Assembly: GCA_044222475.1 (NCBI GenBank) | Contig: JBGANF010000011.1 | Location: 1 to 64,000 of the forward strand | Length of the DNA stretch: 64,000 nucleotides | Source: Polyangiaceae bacterium | GTDB lineage: Bacteria; Myxococcota_A; Polyangia; Polyangiales; Polyangiaceae | Reading direction: 5' to 3' | Shown here: positions 60,681 to 64,000 of the stretch, piece by piece | Position numbering within the stretch: position 1 is the first letter of the stretch | How the letters are laid out: each line of letters starts with the position of its first letter | Made by a program: the position numbers and the translations under genes | The notes under the pieces: model-generated | The model's input: only the letters and a program-made list of their open reading frames with translations | Told to the model about the DNA's origin: nothing | The model's database searches: none

Positions 60681-61402
60681 TCGCTCGCCCCGAAATCGCG
60701 TAGCACCCGCGCCGCGGTCGCACGCTCGGCGAGCGCGGTGGAGGCGAGGACCATGTCGAGCCTCCACCCGATGTTCTTCTGCCGCGAGTTGCGCCAGTAC
60801 GGCCACCACGTGAACAGCGCGTCGTCGTCGGGAGCGAGCTTTCGCCCGACGTCGACGAGACCACCGGCGATGAGCCCTTCGAGGAGCGCGCGCTCGGCGG
60901 CGCGCTGACCGATCGACTCTTTCACGCGGAGGCTCTTGTGGACGTCGACGTCGGTGCGCGCGATGTTGATGTCACCGGCGATGACGACCGTCTTGTCGCC
61001 GAAGGACTTCGCGTAACCCTGGATGGCCTCGAAGAACTCGATCTTCGCGTCGTAGTCCTTGCCCCCGTTGGGCGCGTAGACCGAGACGAACACGGCGTCG
61101 TCGGTGTGGGCCTCGACCACTCGGTTCTCGGCGTCGAAGCGCGGGTGAGCTCGCTTCGGCGCGGCGGGGAAGCGGCTCTTGCGGAGGTGGATGCTCACGC
61201 CCGAGTAGCCTTTCGTGTTGCCGTGCCACAGCGAGTGGTAGTCGAGCAGCCCCGTGAGACCGTAGAGGTTCGGCGAGAGCTGATCCGTCGTCGCCTTGAT
61301 CTCCTGGAAGCATGCGACGTCGGGCTTCTCCTTCTCGAGCAGCTCGAGCACCTGCGCTTCGCGGGCACGGATGCCGTTGACGTTCCAAGTGAGCACGCGC
61401 AT
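60641..61402 (-). CDS. xth: Exodeoxyribonuclease III
   Basis: TWNVNGIRAR, QEIK, GYSGV, YAPNG, GDINIA, GWRLD, SDHAP. Confidence 0.96.
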   Translation of the reverse strand: MRVLTWNVNGIRAREAQVLELLEKEKPDVACFQEIKATTDQLSPNLYGLTGLLDYHSLWHGNTKGYSGVSIHLRKSRFPAAPKRAHPRFDAENRVVEAHTDDAVFVSVYAPNGGKDYDAKIEFFEAIQGYAKSFGDKTVVIAGDINIARTDVDVHKSLRVKESIGQRAAERALLEGLIAGGLVDVGRKLAPDDDALFTWWPYWRNSRQKNIGWRLDMVLASTALAERATAARVLRDFGASDHAPLVVDFDDVR

Positions 61403-61416
61403 GAGGGGACCCTACG

Positions 61417-62214
61417 CTAGGGCGCCGACGTCGAGAAGTCGTCGTAGGTGTGGACGCCGGCGACGCCGTCGCCGCCCGAGAATCCGACTGCGCCGGCGGT
61501 CGTGATCCGGTCGGGATCGGTGTCCGAGATGGTCTGCTTGAACAGCAGCGCCCACTGCGATGGCGCCGTCAGCGCTTCGATGCTCGCGGTGACGACCACT
61601 GGGCTCGTGCCGACCGCCGAGAGGCTGAAGCGGTACGTCTTCCCCTCGGTGAGCTGCGGCGAGATCGTGATGGCGCTGAGCGACGTCACGAACACGGAGC
61701 CGCGCTGGCGCGCGATCCGCGCGAGCGTGGGGCTGTCGTCCACGTAGAGCAGGTAGCTGTCGAGCGTGTCGGGGATCGCCGCCGAGATGCTCTGCACCCG
61801 GACGTGGATCTGCGGGTAGTTGGGCGACGCAGCGGTGGGGCTGAACGTCACCGTCATCTGTGCCATCACGTCGAGGCGATCCTCGGCGGATGGGCGGTAC
61901 ACGATGTGGTCGCGGTAGCTGAGAGGGTCGCCGCCGAGCCAACGGACGGTGCCGCCCTTGAGCTCGTAGCTCGAGGGCTTCTTCACCAGCCACCCGTTCC
62001 CGATGAGCGGCCCGTCGGGGCGGTTGAAGTCGTCGAAGAACCAACGGCTCCCCGCGTCGCCCCCGGCGTCGGCGTCGGGCGCGACCGAGTCGATCGACAC
62101 CGTGTCGGATCCTGCGTCGGCGGCTCGTCCGCCCTCGAGCTCGCCGAGGCTCGGGAGCAGGCACGCGCCTGCTGCGAGAGGGAGCGCCAGGAGCAGGACG
62201 GGCCACTTCGCCAT
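61417..62214 (-). CDS. Lipoprotein with beta-sandwich (lectin-like) domain
   Basis: Lipobox AGAC; FFDDFNRPDG..GNGW and C-terminal G.VG..YDDF. Confidence 0.7.
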   Translation of the reverse strand: MAKWPVLLLALPLAAGACLLPSLGELEGGRAADAGSDTVSIDSVAPDADAGGDAGSRWFFDDFNRPDGPLIGNGWLVKKPSSYELKGGTVRWLGGDPLSYRDHIVYRPSAEDRLDVMAQMTVTFSPTAASPNYPQIHVRVQSISAAIPDTLDSYLLYVDDSPTLARIARQRGSVFVTSLSAITISPQLTEGKTYRFSLSAVGTSPVVVTASIEALTAPSQWALLFKQTISDTDPDRITTAGAVGFSGGDGVAGVHTYDDFSTSAP

Positions 62215-62229
62215 GAACCGATCAGCCTA

Positions 62230-63690
62230 TCAAGGAAGGACCGCCAAGCCCAGGTACCGACCTTCCGCGCTCGGCACGAAGCCCGCTGCGCGGGCGCTCG
62301 TCACCGCGACTTGGTCTTCGTGCCACAGCGGGACCCAATACGCTTCTTCGAGGACCCGCGCCTCGACGGCGGCGTAGATGCGCTTGCGCTCGGCGACGTC
62401 GCTCGTCTGGTCGCCGCGATCGAGCAGCGCGTCGAGCTCGGCGTCGGCGACGCGCGCACGGTTGGTCCCCGACGGAGGGACCGCCGTCGAGTGGAGGAAC
62501 GTGCGGAGGACGTTCGGTTCGGTGACCTCCGGGATCTGCAGGCTCGCCATGTCGAAGTCGCCGGCGCCCAGCCGCGCGATCAGCGCACCGAGCTCGAGCG
62601 GGCGCACCTCGACGTCGAACCCGACCTCGGAGAGCTCTTGCGCGAACACCTTCGCGATCGCGACGCGAAGGCGATCCGTCCCACAAAGGTACGTGACGTG
62701 GACGCGCGCGCCGTGGAGGAGCGCGCGCGCGCGCGGCGGGTCGGGCTCCCACCCGGGGCTCGGGGTCTTCGCCCACGACGCCGATGGGAGGAGCCCGGTC
62801 GCGATCTCGGCGCGACCTTCGAGCATGTGGGTCACGACGGGGCTGCGGTCGATCGCGAAGCGGACTGCTTGTCTCGTGTCCCGGCTCGCGAATGGCCCGC
62901 GATCGGTTCGAAAGAGCAGGTAGGCGAGGTTCGCTCCTCGGCGCGCGGTCACCTTCAACGTGGGCTCGGCTTCGAGCGCCGGAAGGAGCGCGGGCGACAC
63001 CCCGTTGATCGCGAGGTCGGCGCGCCCGCCGAGGAGGCGGAGAGCGCGGGCGTTCTCGTCCCGCACGGTGAGGAACCGGAGCGCCCGCGTGGCGGTGCCG
63101 GCGGCGTCCTTCGCCGGCCCGAGCTCGATGCGCCCGCGCTCGCGCGACGTCACGACCCATGGACCGAGGCCGTCGAGCGTCGCGGCAGCATCGGCGGGCG
63201 AGAAGGCTTCGTCGGCTCGCAGGATCGGGAGCTCCAGATCGGACAAGAGCGTCGCGTGCGGCCTGCCGAGGTGGATTCGCACGATGCGATCCCCCTCGGC
63301 GCGAACGTCGTCGATGGCCTCGACGACGCGGGCGTGGCGCGCCGCGACCTTCGGGTCGGCGAACGCGTGGAGCGTCGCGACGACGTCGGCGGCGGTCAGG
63401 GGCTTCGACGAGTGGAATCGGACGCCGCTGCGAAGGGTGACGACCAGCGTACGGTCGTCCTCCCAGGCGTACGACTCGGCGAGGTAGGGCTTCGGGGCGA
63501 GGCTGTCCGCATCGAGGCGGAAGAGCCCTGCGTGAACGAGGCGGGAGACACGCATGCCGACGGCATCGGTGACGAAGCGCGGGTCGAGGGTCTCCGCGTC
63601 GGCCGACACGAGGATCTCCAGCGCCGCGGAGTCACTCGCGGCTGGCGCGCCGCTTCGCGCGCACGACAGCGCGAGGGCTGCCAGGAGCAT
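62230..63690 (-). CDS. ABC transporter substrate-binding protein, family 5 (peptide/nickel)
   Basis: TLDPR, PYLAESY, LRSGVRFH, TAADV, GLGPW, RQAV..AIDR; start approximate. Confidence 0.92.
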   Translation of the reverse strand: MLLAALALSCARSGAPAASDSAALEILVSADAETLDPRFVTDAVGMRVSRLVHAGLFRLDADSLAPKPYLAESYAWEDDRTLVVTLRSGVRFHSSKPLTAADVVATLHAFADPKVAARHARVVEAIDDVRAEGDRIVRIHLGRPHATLLSDLELPILRADEAFSPADAAATLDGLGPWVVTSRERGRIELGPAKDAAGTATRALRFLTVRDENARALRLLGGRADLAINGVSPALLPALEAEPTLKVTARRGANLAYLLFRTDRGPFASRDTRQAVRFAIDRSPVVTHMLEGRAEIATGLLPSASWAKTPSPGWEPDPPRARALLHGARVHVTYLCGTDRLRVAIAKVFAQELSEVGFDVEVRPLELGALIARLGAGDFDMASLQIPEVTEPNVLRTFLHSTAVPPSGTNRARVADAELDALLDRGDQTSDVAERKRIYAAVEARVLEEAYWVPLWHEDQVAVTSARAAGFVPSAEGRYLGLAVLP

Positions 63691-63741
63691 CACCACGAAG
63701 GGGACTGTCGCAAAGCTCCGCGGCGTTGTACGTACACGTCC

Positions 63742-64000
63742 ATGCGTCCCGCCTTCCTCAGCATCGCGCTCGCGGTGGCGCTCGTCGCGATCGGGAGCGA
63801 CGTGCGCTCCGATCAGGCGCCCGCCCCGAAGAAGTCGCTCGCGGGCGCGGTCGAGGCGATGACGGGGGACAAGGCGTGGAAGGACGCGCTGGTCGGCGTC
63901 GCGATCATCGACGTCGACTCCGGGGCGATGCTTGCATCTTACAATGAACATGCGGCGTTGAACCCAGCGTCGAACGCGAAGCTTTACACGGCCTCCGCTG
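63742..64000 (+). CDS. dacB: D-Ala-D-Ala carboxypeptidase/endopeptidase (PBP4, S13), 5' part, truncated by the window end
   Basis: Manual translation MRPAFLSIALAV..VGVAIIDVDSGAML..LNPASNAKLYTA: signal peptide plus PASNxK active-site motif; not in the ORF track. Confidence 0.85.
   Translation, partial: MRPAFLSIALAVALVAIGSDVRSDQAPAPKKSLAGAVEAMTGDKAWKDALVGVAIIDVDSGAMLASYNEHAALNPASNAKLYTASA

Overview
High-GC, gene-dense bacterial chromosome segment. Its Hanks-type Ser/Thr kinases, many Cys-rich lipoproteins and PPC/Kelch secreted proteins point to a myxobacterium (Polyangiales-like; inference). About 65 CDSs are supported. They include housekeeping genes (uppS, cdsA, gdhA, pntAB, miaA, ppdK, mutL, pyrG, hppD, hmgA, xth, 5' end of dacB), a frameshifted GH92 mannosidase, a squalene-synthase-like gene, a ChdC/chlorite-dismutase-family gene and an OsmC/MacAB-type ABC/methyltransferase/rhodanese cluster. 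I saw no rRNA, tRNA or CRISPR array. The most notable signals are: (1) a RAYT/IS200-like HUH tyrosine transposase next to a 20-unit (CGGAAG)n array and hairpins; (2) a CTAG-flanked ~250-bp MITE-like element whose inner arms are inverted hexamer repeats resembling that array; (3) four sigma-54 -24/-12 motifs placed so that transcription would start almost on the ATG, plus TANNNT boxes just upstream of many other start codons, which suggests widespread leaderless mRNAs; (4) two exact tandem duplications of 81 and 48 bp. All protein calls come from motif recognition by eye; no searches were run.
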